Shown piece by piece: positions 10,025-19,220 of a stretch of DNA of 64,000 nt. The notes below the pieces were generated by a model that worked only from the letters and a program-made list of their open reading frames with translations, had not been told where the DNA came from and made no database searches. The translations under genes and the position numbers were made by a program. This DNA is from an uncultured Acidobacteriota bacterium. Lineage in GTDB: Bacteria > Acidobacteriota > Terriglobia > UBA7540. Every line of letters begins with the position of its first letter. The first letter of the stretch is position 1. The DNA is taken from the NCBI GenBank assembly GCA_963804995.1, contig CAWDSK010000006.1, positions 1,792,001-1,856,000 on the forward strand, written 5' to 3'.

Positions 10025-11242
10025 ATGACAAACCGCGTTCGCGCCATACTTATCACTGTGTCCCTGATCCTCATCTTCTACATCGTGGTAGGAGGGCTGC
10101 TGGGAAAAAACGAGAACGGCACCGAACAAACCTACCGCGACCTGGGCGTGTACAGCGAGGTCCTGAATCGCATCAAGCAGGAATACGTGACGGAGCCGGA
10201 TCTGAACAAGGTCACGGACGGGGCCATCCGGGGACTCCTGGAATCGCTGGACCCTTACAGCACCTATCTGACCCCGCAACAATATCAGGACTACTTGCAG
10301 CACCCCGACCCGGGACCAGCGGATGTTGGAGTTTTTGTCTCGAAGCGGATGGGATATGCCACGGTGATTGCGGTGCTTCCAGGGAGCCCGGCGGAGAAAG
10401 CCGGCGTCAAGCCGGGTGATCTGCTTGATAAAGTCGATAACACACCGGCTCGCGAGCTCTCCGTCCTGCAAATCGAACGGCAGTTAGCAGGACAGCCCAA
10501 TACCAACGTTAGTGTCACGGTAGTCCGCGAAGCCCGCGGCGATCCGCAAACTATCACCATCACCCGCGCCGTTCTGAACTACCCTCCCGTCATATCCAAG
10601 ATGATTGAAGACGGGACAGGCTACTTGCGCGTGGCGACCTTCAACAAAGGCAAGGCCCAGGAGATTTCCGACAAAATCAAGGAGCTCACCTCCCAGGGCG
10701 CCCACAAGATTGTTCTGGACCTGCGCAACTGTGCGGGAGGAGATGTGCAGGAGGCCGTAGACACCGCCAGCCTTTTCATCGATAAGGGTCTGGTCACTTA
10801 CATTGCGGGCCAGCGCTTTCCTCGCCAGAACCTGGAAGTCCACCCTACCGGTCCAGTTTGCCATCTTCCACTCGCGTTGCTGATCAACCAGTCCAGCGCC
10901 GGGCCTTCCGAATTGGTGGCCTCCGCGATTTTGGGTAACAAACGCGGCGAAGTGGTGGGAGTGCGCAGTTTTGGCATCGGTGTTTATCAGAAACCCGTTC
11001 CCGTGGGCGATGGCTCTGCCCTGTTGCTATCTGTAGCCAAGTACTACGGGCCGGACGGCAAAACCATCAACGAGAACGGCGTCACCCCCAGTGTGGTCCA
11101 GGCGGCCGCCAGCGAACCTGAAAACGCGGACGAAGAAAATCAGCCCGAGGAGCCGGAGCACTTCGGTGGCAAGGATGACTTGCAGCTCCGCAAGGCAATC
11201 GAGATTCTCAACACGTCGATAACAGCCACCAAGGCCGCTTGA
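10025..11242 (+). CDS. S41/CtpA-family carboxyl-terminal protease homolog with PDZ domain (catalytic residues substituted)
   Basis: LDPYSTY, PDZ (PGSPAEKAG), DLRNCAGG, D.QL.KA C-terminus. Confidence 0.88.
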   Translation: MTNRVRAILITVSLILIFYIVVGGLLGKNENGTEQTYRDLGVYSEVLNRIKQEYVTEPDLNKVTDGAIRGLLESLDPYSTYLTPQQYQDYLQHPDPGPADVGVFVSKRMGYATVIAVLPGSPAEKAGVKPGDLLDKVDNTPARELSVLQIERQLAGQPNTNVSVTVVREARGDPQTITITRAVLNYPPVISKMIEDGTGYLRVATFNKGKAQEISDKIKELTSQGAHKIVLDLRNCAGGDVQEAVDTASLFIDKGLVTYIAGQRFPRQNLEVHPTGPVCHLPLALLINQSSAGPSELVASAILGNKRGEVVGVRSFGIGVYQKPVPVGDGSALLLSVAKYYGPDGKTINENGVTPSVVQAAASEPENADEENQPEEPEHFGGKDDLQLRKAIEILNTSITATKAA

Positions 11243-11286
11243 TCGATTCGTCATCCGCTGCGCAGGAGCGGGGGCAATTCCGACAT

Positions 11287-11512
11287 CTAGTGTCGTGAGT
11301 CAGAAATTCGTTGATGATTCGAGAACCCCCTCACCCCCGGCCCCCTCCCCCAAAGGGGCGAGGGGGGAGTTTATTTGAGTTTACTGCCCTCGCCCCCTTG
11401 GGGAGAGGGTGGCCCGCCGCCAGCGTTTTCATCAGCCGGGGCGGGACGGGTGAGGGGGTCGCCCTGCAACCCAGTGAGACTTTGTCAGCGAACTTCTGAC
11501 TCAGGACACTAG
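11287..11512. mobile_element. CTAG-flanked MITE type B with REP doublet cargo
   Basis: CTAGTGTCGTGAGTCAGAAATTCG ... CGAACTTCTGACTCAGGACACTAG. Confidence 0.85.
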
Positions 11513-11642
11513 GAGCCTGCGTCTTGCCTTTCTGGTCCCGTAGGAGGCGTAAGGCCTCACGCGCCGCGGCGTCCTTGCTGCTGCTTCTCTCTCGATTCTG
11601 GCCCTGGCTACAGGCGCCTGCCAATGGTTTCACCCCCCACCT

Positions 11643-12662
11643 TTGAAAGAGTCGGAACGCCGCAAGCTGGCGGAGCATTTCAGGGACTTGGTTGCCGGCA
11701 CCGGGGGCCCCGAGGTCTGGATCAAGCGCCCGGCCGGTCCCCGTCATGGGACAAGGGCTGAGGCGCCCCTCGAAGCCGTGGCAACTCCGGACGCCTACCG
11801 CGCCGTGCTGTCGGCTGTCCAACTTGAATGTGCAAAGGACGAGTTACAGCTTGGCGGGTCTCAGACTTCCACCGGTGGCCTCCATACGATCGGTCTGGAC
11901 GTTACCCGGCGTGGGCAGCCTATCTGCCGAATCAATCTGCGCGAGGTGCCGCGCCTGCTGCGTGCCGCCATCGTGATCGACGACCTGGGTCAGGACCTGG
12001 AGGCGGCGCACAAGCTCCTGGCCTTGCCCTACCCGTTCACTTTTTCAGTCCTTCCCCATCTGCGCTATTCGGGGACAACCGCCGAGGAAGCGCATCGCCG
12101 GGGACGCGAGGTGATGTTGCACTTGCCCATGGAAGCCCAACCGGGCGCCCATCCCTCGCCGGGTCAAGGGGACATCCACACGGGCATGAGCGCTGCGGAA
12201 GTCCAAGCGGCAGTCCAGAATGATTTGGCGACGGTTCCGTTTGCGGCAGGTGTCAACAACCACATGGGCTCCCAAGCCACGAAAAGCGTGGTATTGATGG
12301 CTGAGGTCATGAAGGTCCTGGCGGAACACCAACTCTACTTTATTGACAGCCGAACCACCGCCAATAGCGTGGCGCTCGATGTAGCGCGCCAGCAGGGACT
12401 CCCGGCCTTCTATCGCGCGGTTTTTCTGGATGACACGGAAACCGTTCCCTACACCTTGGGACAGTTGCGGGAGTTCCGCCGGGTCGTGGAAGACCAAGGG
12501 GCGGCATTGGCCATCGGGCACCCGCACGCGACGACCATTGCGGCCCTGGCAAAGTTCCTGCCGGAACTCGATCCCGCCGATATTGAGATCGTCAAGGCTT
12601 CTGAGCTAGTCCACCTGCCGGAGGTCGCCCGCCTGCACCCCCGGGCCAAGCCGGGGACGTGA
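11643..12662 (+). CDS. Divergent polysaccharide deacetylase family protein (true start possibly ~11524)
   Basis: AIVIDDLG, HLPME, GVNNHMGS, FIDSRT, FLDD, IGHPH. Confidence 0.9.
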   Translation: MKESERRKLAEHFRDLVAGTGGPEVWIKRPAGPRHGTRAEAPLEAVATPDAYRAVLSAVQLECAKDELQLGGSQTSTGGLHTIGLDVTRRGQPICRINLREVPRLLRAAIVIDDLGQDLEAAHKLLALPYPFTFSVLPHLRYSGTTAEEAHRRGREVMLHLPMEAQPGAHPSPGQGDIHTGMSAAEVQAAVQNDLATVPFAAGVNNHMGSQATKSVVLMAEVMKVLAEHQLYFIDSRTTANSVALDVARQQGLPAFYRAVFLDDTETVPYTLGQLREFRRVVEDQGAALAIGHPHATTIAALAKFLPELDPADIEIVKASELVHLPEVARLHPRAKPGT

Positions 12663-12681
12663 GGAGTTTGATTTGAATATA

Positions 12682-12762
12682 TAGCCCTCGCCCCCTTGGG
12701 GGAGAGGGTGGCCCGCCGCCGGCGTTTTCATCAGCCGGGGCGGGACGGGTGAGGGGGTCAAA
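12682..12762 (-). repeat. REP-like element downstream of the DUF559 gene
   Basis: 81-bp inverted copy of 13233-13313 (4 mismatches). Confidence 0.92.
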
Positions 12763-12788
12763 CGCCTGCGCCAGTACTTCGCCGCAGC

Positions 12789-13205
12789 TCACGACTCATC
12801 GGCAAAGGCATCGGGTAGCGACCGGACTATTTTCAGTACGTTCTCCACGAACAATTCGGGCGCCTTAAGAACCATTCCGTTTGGAAATCGTGTCACAACG
12901 TATCCCAGGTCTTTGAGTAGCGCGTCCCGGCGTGTGTCCCGTTTGGCCTGACTCGGCTGCCCGTGCACGCTGCCGTCCAGTTCCACAACCAGTCGCCGCC
13001 GCGGGCAGCAAAAATCGACGATGTATTGGCCGACGGGGTGCTGCCGACGAAATCTAACACCCTTGAATCTGAGAGTACGTAATAAATACCAGGCGATTAT
13101 TTCTGACTCAGTCTTGTCTTGGCGAAGGGTGCGCGCCCTGGCAATTGGTTCTGCGCCACGTGCAAGTGAACGTCGCTTGCGGCGGGGCGGGGCGCGTTTG
13201 GTCAT
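12789..13205 (-). CDS. DUF559 family endonuclease (Vsr-like PD-(D/E)XK)
   Basis: ARTLRQDKTESE, FRRQHPVGQYIVDF, VVELDGSVH, RD..RD..L...GY.V.RF.N; AGGAG SD before ATG 13205. Confidence 0.92.
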   Translation of the reverse strand: MTKRAPPRRKRRSLARGAEPIARARTLRQDKTESEIIAWYLLRTLRFKGVRFRRQHPVGQYIVDFCCPRRRLVVELDGSVHGQPSQAKRDTRRDALLKDLGYVVTRFPNGMVLKAPELFVENVLKIVRSLPDAFADES

Positions 13206-13232
13206 GTTCACCGTCTCCTTCTCCTTCACAAT

Positions 13233-13313
13233 TTTGACCCCCTCACCCGTCCCGCCCCGGCTGGTGAAAACGCCGGTTGCGGTCCACCCTCTCCCCCAAG
13301 GGGGCGAGGGCTA
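13233..13313 (+). repeat. REP-like element upstream of the DUF559 gene
   Basis: TTTGACCCCCTCACCCGTCCCGCCCCGGCTGGTGAAAACGCCGG...GGGGCGAGGGCTA. Confidence 0.92.
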
Positions 13314-13415
13314 GGATCCTTCCGTTTTGAGACTCGGCCATGGCTAAATTGGGCACCAATATACTTGACTCATCCACTGGGTTTTGGTATAGTTTTGCTT
13401 GTGAGGAGCGAAACC

Positions 13416-14384
13416 ATGCGCGAACCCCGTACCCTGCAAGAAGCCATTATCTATTTTTCGAACCCTGACAATTCCCGCGCCTACCTTGTGGCGAAGCGCT
13501 GGCCCCAGGGCGTCATCTGCCCAACCTGCGGGTCGGAAAAGGTCAAATTCAATCCGGCTCGCGGCGTCTGGCAATGCCCCCGCCATCATGCCCGGCGGCA
13601 ATTCTCCGTCAAGGTGGGCACCCTGTTTGAGGATAGCGCCATCGGCCTGGATAAGTGGCTCACGGCGGTGTGGATGCTCACCAACTGCAAGAACGGTATC
13701 AGTTCCTATGAAGTAGCCCGCGACCTGGGGGTCACGCAAAAGACCGCCTGGTTCATGCTGCACCGCATCCGGCTGGCCTTGCAGGACGAGGGCGGCGGCA
13801 AGTTGGGAGGAGAAGTTGAGGTTGACGAAACCTTTATCGGCGGCCTCTCCCGCAACATGCACATCGGTAAGCGGCGGGAGAAAATCCAGGGCACGGGCGG
13901 GCGCGATAAAATTGCGGTCCTGGGAATTCTGAAACGGCGAGGCAAAGTTCGCACTTCGGTCGTTCCCGATGTGACCCTCAAAACTCTTCGCGGCAGCGTT
14001 GTCGAAAACGTTTCGGCGGGCTCGCAGGTTTTCACGGACGCTTGGATTGGTTACCACGGGTTGGATTCCGAATATGTTCATAGCGTTATTGACCATGCCC
14101 AAGCCTATGCCGTGGAAAACGTCCACACCAACGGCCTCGAAAACTACTGGAGCCTTTTGCAGCGCACCCTCCAAGGGACCTACGTTAGCGTCGAACCGTT
14201 CCATTTGTTTCGTTACCTTGACGAGCAAGCCTTCCGTTACAACCAGCGCGAAGGACTTGATGATCGTGGCCGCTTCGATGCGGCGGTTTCCAGGATCATC
14301 GGTAAGCGCCTCACCTGGAATCGCCTCGCCGGAAAGACGCAAGCTCGTCCAACCTGTTCTAACGCACAAGGCAAGGCAACGTGA
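13416..14384 (+). CDS. IS1595 family transposase
   Basis: CPTCGS zinc ribbon, TQKTAWFMLHRIR HTH, EVDETFIGG, FTD, HTNGLENYWS, YLDEQAFRYN. Confidence 0.95.
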   Translation: MREPRTLQEAIIYFSNPDNSRAYLVAKRWPQGVICPTCGSEKVKFNPARGVWQCPRHHARRQFSVKVGTLFEDSAIGLDKWLTAVWMLTNCKNGISSYEVARDLGVTQKTAWFMLHRIRLALQDEGGGKLGGEVEVDETFIGGLSRNMHIGKRREKIQGTGGRDKIAVLGILKRRGKVRTSVVPDVTLKTLRGSVVENVSAGSQVFTDAWIGYHGLDSEYVHSVIDHAQAYAVENVHTNGLENYWSLLQRTLQGTYVSVEPFHLFRYLDEQAFRYNQREGLDDRGRFDAAVSRIIGKRLTWNRLAGKTQARPTCSNAQGKAT

Positions 14385-14401
14385 GCGCCGGGGGAAGCGG
14401 G

Positions 14402-14548
14402 TCAAGCCTTCGCCCGCTTCTTCCGCTGGCGTTGCTTCTTCCACTCCGCTTTCCTTCGCTGTAACTCCTCCCGCGGGACGGAGAAAATCTTGCTGATTGC
14501 AGCGTCGAAATTCTGGAATTCTGAGGTTTTTATCCCCTTCTGGCTCAT
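14402..14548 (-). CDS. Small basic passenger ORF inside IS1595
   Basis: MSQKGIKTSEFQNFDAAISKIFSVPREELQRRKAEWKKQRQRKKRAKA, convergent to the transposase. Confidence 0.55.
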   Translation of the reverse strand: MSQKGIKTSEFQNFDAAISKIFSVPREELQRRKAEWKKQRQRKKRAKA

Positions 14549-14726
14549 AAACATTAAATGCCTCAGTCCGTGACAATACCTTATCCACTCAACATCGTAC
14601 ACCTCCAACCCGTTCATCTCGCACCTTTCGAATGGATGAGTCAAGTAAGTTGGTGCCCTAAATTGGACAGGCTTGGCTTAGAAAAGGCGCGGCAAGGTTC
14701 ACTGGAATGGGATCGTACGTGAACGG

Positions 14727-15373
14727 CTACTTTGCGGCAGGGATAACCATGGTGACGTTGCGGTCCAGGCGCATACCCACTAGCGAGCCGGCGGCCAAGG
14801 CAGCCTGTTTGCCTTTGGGGATCAGGACGGCAGACATTACGCCGGCAGCTCCCAAAGCGATCGCGGTGCCCGGTCCCGCGGCGGCTCCCAGGGCAGCGGG
14901 GACTGCGGCCATAACGACTTGCTCTTTACGATTGGGGCCCTTGCCCTTAAGTTCACCTTCCGGGCCCACGTTGGGATCGCTCCCGGTTTCGCTCAGAAAA
15001 CCTCTGTTAATGACCCGATGATGGCAACCTTCTGTCCATTCGGCAGCTCCACGGTGTCGAAAACGATGGTGAGAAAACCACCCTTGCCTTTTCTCGCCGC
15101 TGCCCTGACCTCGCCCACGTGGCCATCCACTCGCACGCCCTTGGAGAGCACATCCTGGTCCTCCACTGCCACCGGGTCGATTAAGGTGGTTAGAATGCGA
15201 TCGCCCACTTTTGAGCTTTTGGAATTAAGGGTGGTGTGCAACTGAAGCTTGAACTCCGTGCCCTCCGGGATGGTGATTTCGTCTACATTTGCTGTTTCTT
15301 GCGCGACCAATGGTAACGCCATGCCCAGAACCATTGAGCACGCCGTCAGCATCGCCAGGATTTTCAACTTCAT
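14727..15373 (-). pseudogene. Secreted hypothetical protein (TrbI/VirB10-like), frameshifted near 14994
   Basis: Signal peptide, TIPEGT..LNSK.SKVGD; continues in another frame as SETGSDPNVGPEGELKGK. Confidence 0.65.
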
Positions 15374-15539
15374 TACGATGTCCCCCAAGCGTAGACTGGC
15401 CACCATCCGGTGACGAGCCCTCAAGCCAATCTATGATTTCACCACTAAACAGCTAACACAGTCAAAGGTAAAATCAAGACCCAAAGGTCCATGCTCTCTT
15501 CGATGCAGATGCCGCTCCGGGGTTGGATGGGTTTAGAAC

Positions 15540-15737
15540 ACGGGATACGGGGCACGGGAAACGGGATACGAGAATCGCTTGGGACTTGGTGTTAAAGGCC
15601 ATGGATTAGGGCTTCGGAATTAGGGGTTCGGGCGAAAAACCCGATTTCATGATTTAGATAGCCCCACCATTGTAAGACCGGAAATCGCACACGAAACGCG
15701 TGTCCCGTATCCCGTTTCCCGTACCCCGTATCCCGGG
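15540..15737. repeat. Inverted pair of heptamer arrays (ACGGGAT / ATCCCGT)
   Basis: cgggata cggggca cgggaaa cgggata ... tcccgta tcccgtt tcccgta ccccgta tcccg. Confidence 0.7.
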
Positions 15738-16400
15738 TTATTCCCGCGTTTCCGCGTGGTGGCGGACGTCCACACCCTGCACCAGAAACAGGACGTCCTC
15801 AGCGATATTGGTCGCGTGGTCGGCAAGGCGTTCCAGGTTGCGCGCCACGAAGATCAGATTGATCCCCTGGCGGATGGTCTTGGGGTCGCGCTCCATGTAG
15901 CCAATCAACTCCTCGTAGATGGAGCCACATAACTCGTCCACTTCGTCGTCAGAGACCAGCACATTGCGGGCGAGATCCGGATCCCTCTTCACGAAAGCGT
16001 CCAGGCTCTTGCGGATCATGGCCTGGGTACGCTCTGCCATCAGCGGGATATCCACCAGGGGTTTCAGCAGTGGCTCGCCAATCAGCGAAAGGGAGCGCTC
16101 TACAATGTTGACGGCCAGGTCTCCCATACGCTCCAGGTCATTGTTGATCTTGATCGCCGAGGTAAGAAATCGCAGATCGGTGGCCATGGGTTGTTGCAGG
16201 GCCAGGAGCTGCGTGGCCAGATCGTCGATCTCGATCTCCATGCGGTTGATCTCCGCTTCGTTGAGAAGAACCTTCTGCGCCTGCTGCGGATCTTTCTCAG
16301 TAAGGGAGAGCACACTTCTGTACACGGAGTCTTCCACCAACCCGCTCATCACCAGCAGGCGGCTGCGCAAATAGTCCAGTTCCTCAACAAAGTGGCGCAA
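15738..16400 (-). CDS. phoU: Phosphate signaling complex protein PhoU
   Basis: QQPMATDLR, DLERMGDLA, LERLADHATNIAE. Confidence 0.96.
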   Translation of the reverse strand: MRHFVEELDYLRSRLLVMSGLVEDSVYRSVLSLTEKDPQQAQKVLLNEAEINRMEIEIDDLATQLLALQQPMATDLRFLTSAIKINNDLERMGDLAVNIVERSLSLIGEPLLKPLVDIPLMAERTQAMIRKSLDAFVKRDPDLARNVLVSDDEVDELCGSIYEELIGYMERDPKTIRQGINLIFVARNLERLADHATNIAEDVLFLVQGVDVRHHAETRE

Positions 16401-16434
16401 AGGTCAGTTCCCCTTTCATCCCCCGCACTTCATT

Positions 16435-17250
16435 CTAGCCGAACCTGCCCGTGATGTAATCTTCCGTTTCCTTACGGGCGGGAGTTTTGAAGATGATCGC
16501 GGTCTTGTTGAACTCGATCAACTTCCCCATCAGGAAGAAACCGGTAACATCCGCAACCCGCGCGGCCTGCTGCATGTTGTGCGTGACAATGACCATGGTG
16601 CAGAGATCTTTCAAATTGAACAGCAGATCCTCGATTTTGGCGGTGGCAATCGGATCCAGCGCCGAGCAAGGCTCATCAAGCAGCAGCACCTCCGGCTCGA
16701 CAGCCAGCGCCCGCGCGATGCAGAGGCGCTGTTGCTGGCCTCCCGAAAGCGCATAGGCGGACTTGTGCAGTTGATCTTTGACTTCATCCCAGAGCGCGGC
16801 GCGCCGCAAGCTTTTCTCCACCGCTTCCTTCAACCCACCGCGGGTGGCCATTCCGTTGATGCGCAAGCCGTAGGCGATGTTGTCGAAAATCGACTTGGGA
16901 AAAGGATTGGGCTTCTGGAAAACCATTCCGACCCTGCGCCGCAGGCTTACCACATCCATCGAGAAAATATCCTCGCCATCGAGGAGCACTTCCCCCTCGG
17001 GGCGCGCGTGGGGAACCGTCTCGTACATGCGGTTCAGGATTCTCAGGAAGGTGGTCTTGCCGCACCCCGACGGCCCGATGAGCGCCGTGATGCGTCCGGA
17101 GGGTACCGTCAAGCCGATGGTATGCAAGGCTTGCTTGCCCCCGTAATAGAAATCCAACCCGGTGGAGCGCATCTTGACGTCGCTCGGCCAGGCCGGCGTT
17201 ACTGCCCCTTCACGCTCTGTGGGACGAGTTTCTTCAGTCATCTTCACCAT
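16435..17250 (-). CDS. pstB: Phosphate ABC transporter ATP-binding protein
   Basis: [37 protein letters not shown]; start approximate. Confidence 0.96.
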   Translation of the reverse strand: MVKMTEETRPTEREGAVTPAWPSDVKMRSTGLDFYYGGKQALHTIGLTVPSGRITALIGPSGCGKTTFLRILNRMYETVPHARPEGEVLLDGEDIFSMDVVSLRRRVGMVFQKPNPFPKSIFDNIAYGLRINGMATRGGLKEAVEKSLRRAALWDEVKDQLHKSAYALSGGQQQRLCIARALAVEPEVLLLDEPCSALDPIATAKIEDLLFNLKDLCTMVIVTHNMQQAARVADVTGFFLMGKLIEFNKTAIIFKTPARKETEDYITGRFG

Positions 17251-17309
17251 AGTTGAAACACTCGATGCAGAATTCACGTTTCACACCTATCAAGTCGTGG
17301 GGCCGATTG

Positions 17310-17379
17310 CTGTAGCGGCGGTCTCTGACCGCCGACTTTTCATTCAACAAATTCCGGCGGTCAGAGACCGCCGCTACAG
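17310..17379. repeat. GTAG-type REP doublet (REPIN)
   Basis: CTGTAGCGGCGGTCTCTGACCGCCG...CGGCGGTCAGAGACCGCCGCTACAG between pstA and pstB. Confidence 0.85.
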
Positions 17380-17393
17380 CGAGCCACTGAGAC

Positions 17394-18239
17394 CTATGTA
17401 CGAGCCACCCCTCGGGAAACCATCATACGAGCCCCGATGTTGGCCAGCAAAACAAACCCCAGCAGGACCAGACCGGCCGCCCAGGCTTGCCGGTGCCAAT
17501 CGTCGTAAGGAGAAATCGCGTAAGTGTAGATCATCACCGGCAGGGATGCTATGGGTTGATTCCAGCCGGAACTCCAGAAGCGATTGCTGAACGCGGTAAA
17601 GAGCAGGGGCGCGGTCTCCCCGGCCACGCGCGCCACGGTAAGCATAATGCCCGTAACAATTCCGCGAACCGCCGCGGGCATGACCACCGTCGCCACCATC
17701 TTCCACTTGCTCGTTCCCAATGCCAGGGCGCCCTCTCTCAGCATGCGCGGGACACCCAGCAACGATTCCTCCGTGGTGCGCACGCCGATGGGAATCATAA
17801 TCACGCCCAGCGCCATGCCGCCCGCCAGCGCCGAAAAGTGCTTCATGGGCAGCACGATGACCGTATACGCAAAAATTCCCATAACAATCGAGGGCACGCC
17901 GTTCAGCAAGTCCGTGGTATAGCGCACGAAGAATGAGAACGTCTGCCCCCCGAATTCTGCCAGGTAAACTCCCCCCAGAATCCCGATCGGGATACCCAGC
18001 ATGGAAGCCAGGAGGATAAGCTTGCCACTGCCCACGATGGCATTGGCCATCCCGCCGCCAATTTCGCCCACCGGCTTGGGCAGTTCGGTAAAGAATGCCC
18101 AATTCAGCGACTTACCTCCGTACCACAACAGATAACCCAGAATGAAGAAGAGGACAGAAACCGTGAACAAGGCGCAGACACCGGTGAGGCTGAGCATGAC
18201 GAAATTCAAGGATTTGCGCCAAATGCTACGAAAATTCAT
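17394..18239 (-). CDS. pstA: Phosphate ABC transporter permease PstA
   Basis: GVPSIVMG, ARVAGETAPLLFT. Confidence 0.95.
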   Translation of the reverse strand: MNFRSIWRKSLNFVMLSLTGVCALFTVSVLFFILGYLLWYGGKSLNWAFFTELPKPVGEIGGGMANAIVGSGKLILLASMLGIPIGILGGVYLAEFGGQTFSFFVRYTTDLLNGVPSIVMGIFAYTVIVLPMKHFSALAGGMALGVIMIPIGVRTTEESLLGVPRMLREGALALGTSKWKMVATVVMPAAVRGIVTGIMLTVARVAGETAPLLFTAFSNRFWSSGWNQPIASLPVMIYTYAISPYDDWHRQAWAAGLVLLGFVLLANIGARMMVSRGVART

Positions 18240-19219
18240 CCGCGTGCCGACCCTTTCTGCGTGGTCGCTATGATCACCAGTCGCCCCAGGCCGTTGAGCA
18301 AAATGGTCAGCAGGAAAAGAACCAGCCCCAACTCAATCAAAGCTTGCAGATACAAATCACCCGTCGCCTCGGTAAATTCGTTGGCGATGACCGCGGCAAT
18401 CGAATAGCCCGGGGCAAAGAGCGAGGCATTGATCTTGGGATCATTCCCGATCACCATGGTCACCGCCATGGTCTCCCCCAGGGCGCGCGCCAAGGCCAGG
18501 AAAACCGAGGCGAAAATTCCCACCTTCGCAAAGGGCACCACGATCTGCCAGGTGGATTCCCACTTGGTGGCTCCCAGCCCCAAAGCCGCTTCGCGTTGCT
18601 CCACCGGCACGGCCAGTAACACTTCCCGCGAGACGGAGATGATAAAGGGAACAATCATGATGGCCAGAACCACTCCCGCCGCCAGCATGCTGACCCCGTA
18701 AATGGGCCCCTTGAAGAGAGGGAGAAATCCCAACGTGTGCTTGAGGAAAGGCATCACCGGTTTACGTAATATTGGAATCAGAACGAAAAATCCCAAGAGA
18801 CCATAGATGACACTGGGCACGGCGGCCAGCAACTCAATCACGAACGTCGTAATGCTGGAAATGCGCGGCGGCGCCAGCTCGGAAAGGAAGACGGCGGCGC
18901 CCACACCCAGGGGCACAGCAATCAGGAGTGCCAAAGCCGAAGAAACCACGGTGCCGTAAATAAAAGGTAAAGCACCGAAATCCCCGCTGACCGGGTCCCA
19001 GGTCTTGGTCACGAAGAATTCCAAACCAAATTTGTGGCGGGGCAGTGCGGAATTGATAAAGAGCTGGTAAACCAGCATGAGGGTGACCACGATAATGCTG
19101 GTAGCCGCGAGCAAGGTGATGAGGTGCGCCGCCTCATCCCCGCGCCGCAGGCGCCGGACAAAGTCCCGCGCGCGCCGTTTAAAGCGCGCGCGGTCATCGG
19201 TATTCACAGCATTCGTCAC
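18236..19219 (-). CDS. pstC: Phosphate ABC transporter permease PstC
   Basis: ELLAAVPSVIYGL, RALGETMAV, IANEF. Confidence 0.95.
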   Translation of the reverse strand: MTNAVNTDDRARFKRRARDFVRRLRRGDEAAHLITLLAATSIIVVTLMLVYQLFINSALPRHKFGLEFFVTKTWDPVSGDFGALPFIYGTVVSSALALLIAVPLGVGAAVFLSELAPPRISSITTFVIELLAAVPSVIYGLLGFFVLIPILRKPVMPFLKHTLGFLPLFKGPIYGVSMLAAGVVLAIMIVPFIISVSREVLLAVPVEQREAALGLGATKWESTWQIVVPFAKVGIFASVFLALARALGETMAVTMVIGNDPKINASLFAPGYSIAAVIANEFTEATGDLYLQALIELGLVLFLLTILLNGLGRLVIIATTQKGSARG

Positions 19220-19220
19220 G

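Larger units (their letters stand above)
13352..14657 (+). mobile_element. IS1595-family insertion sequence
   Basis: TIR GGCACCAATATACTTGACTCATCCA / TGGATGAGTCAAGTAAGTTGGTGCC; 8-bp TSD CTAAATTG (13344-13351, 14658-14665). Confidence 0.93.

Noticed and set aside
13344..14588. 414-aa antisense ORF spanning the IS1595
   Set aside because: Shadow of the transposase with no domain signature
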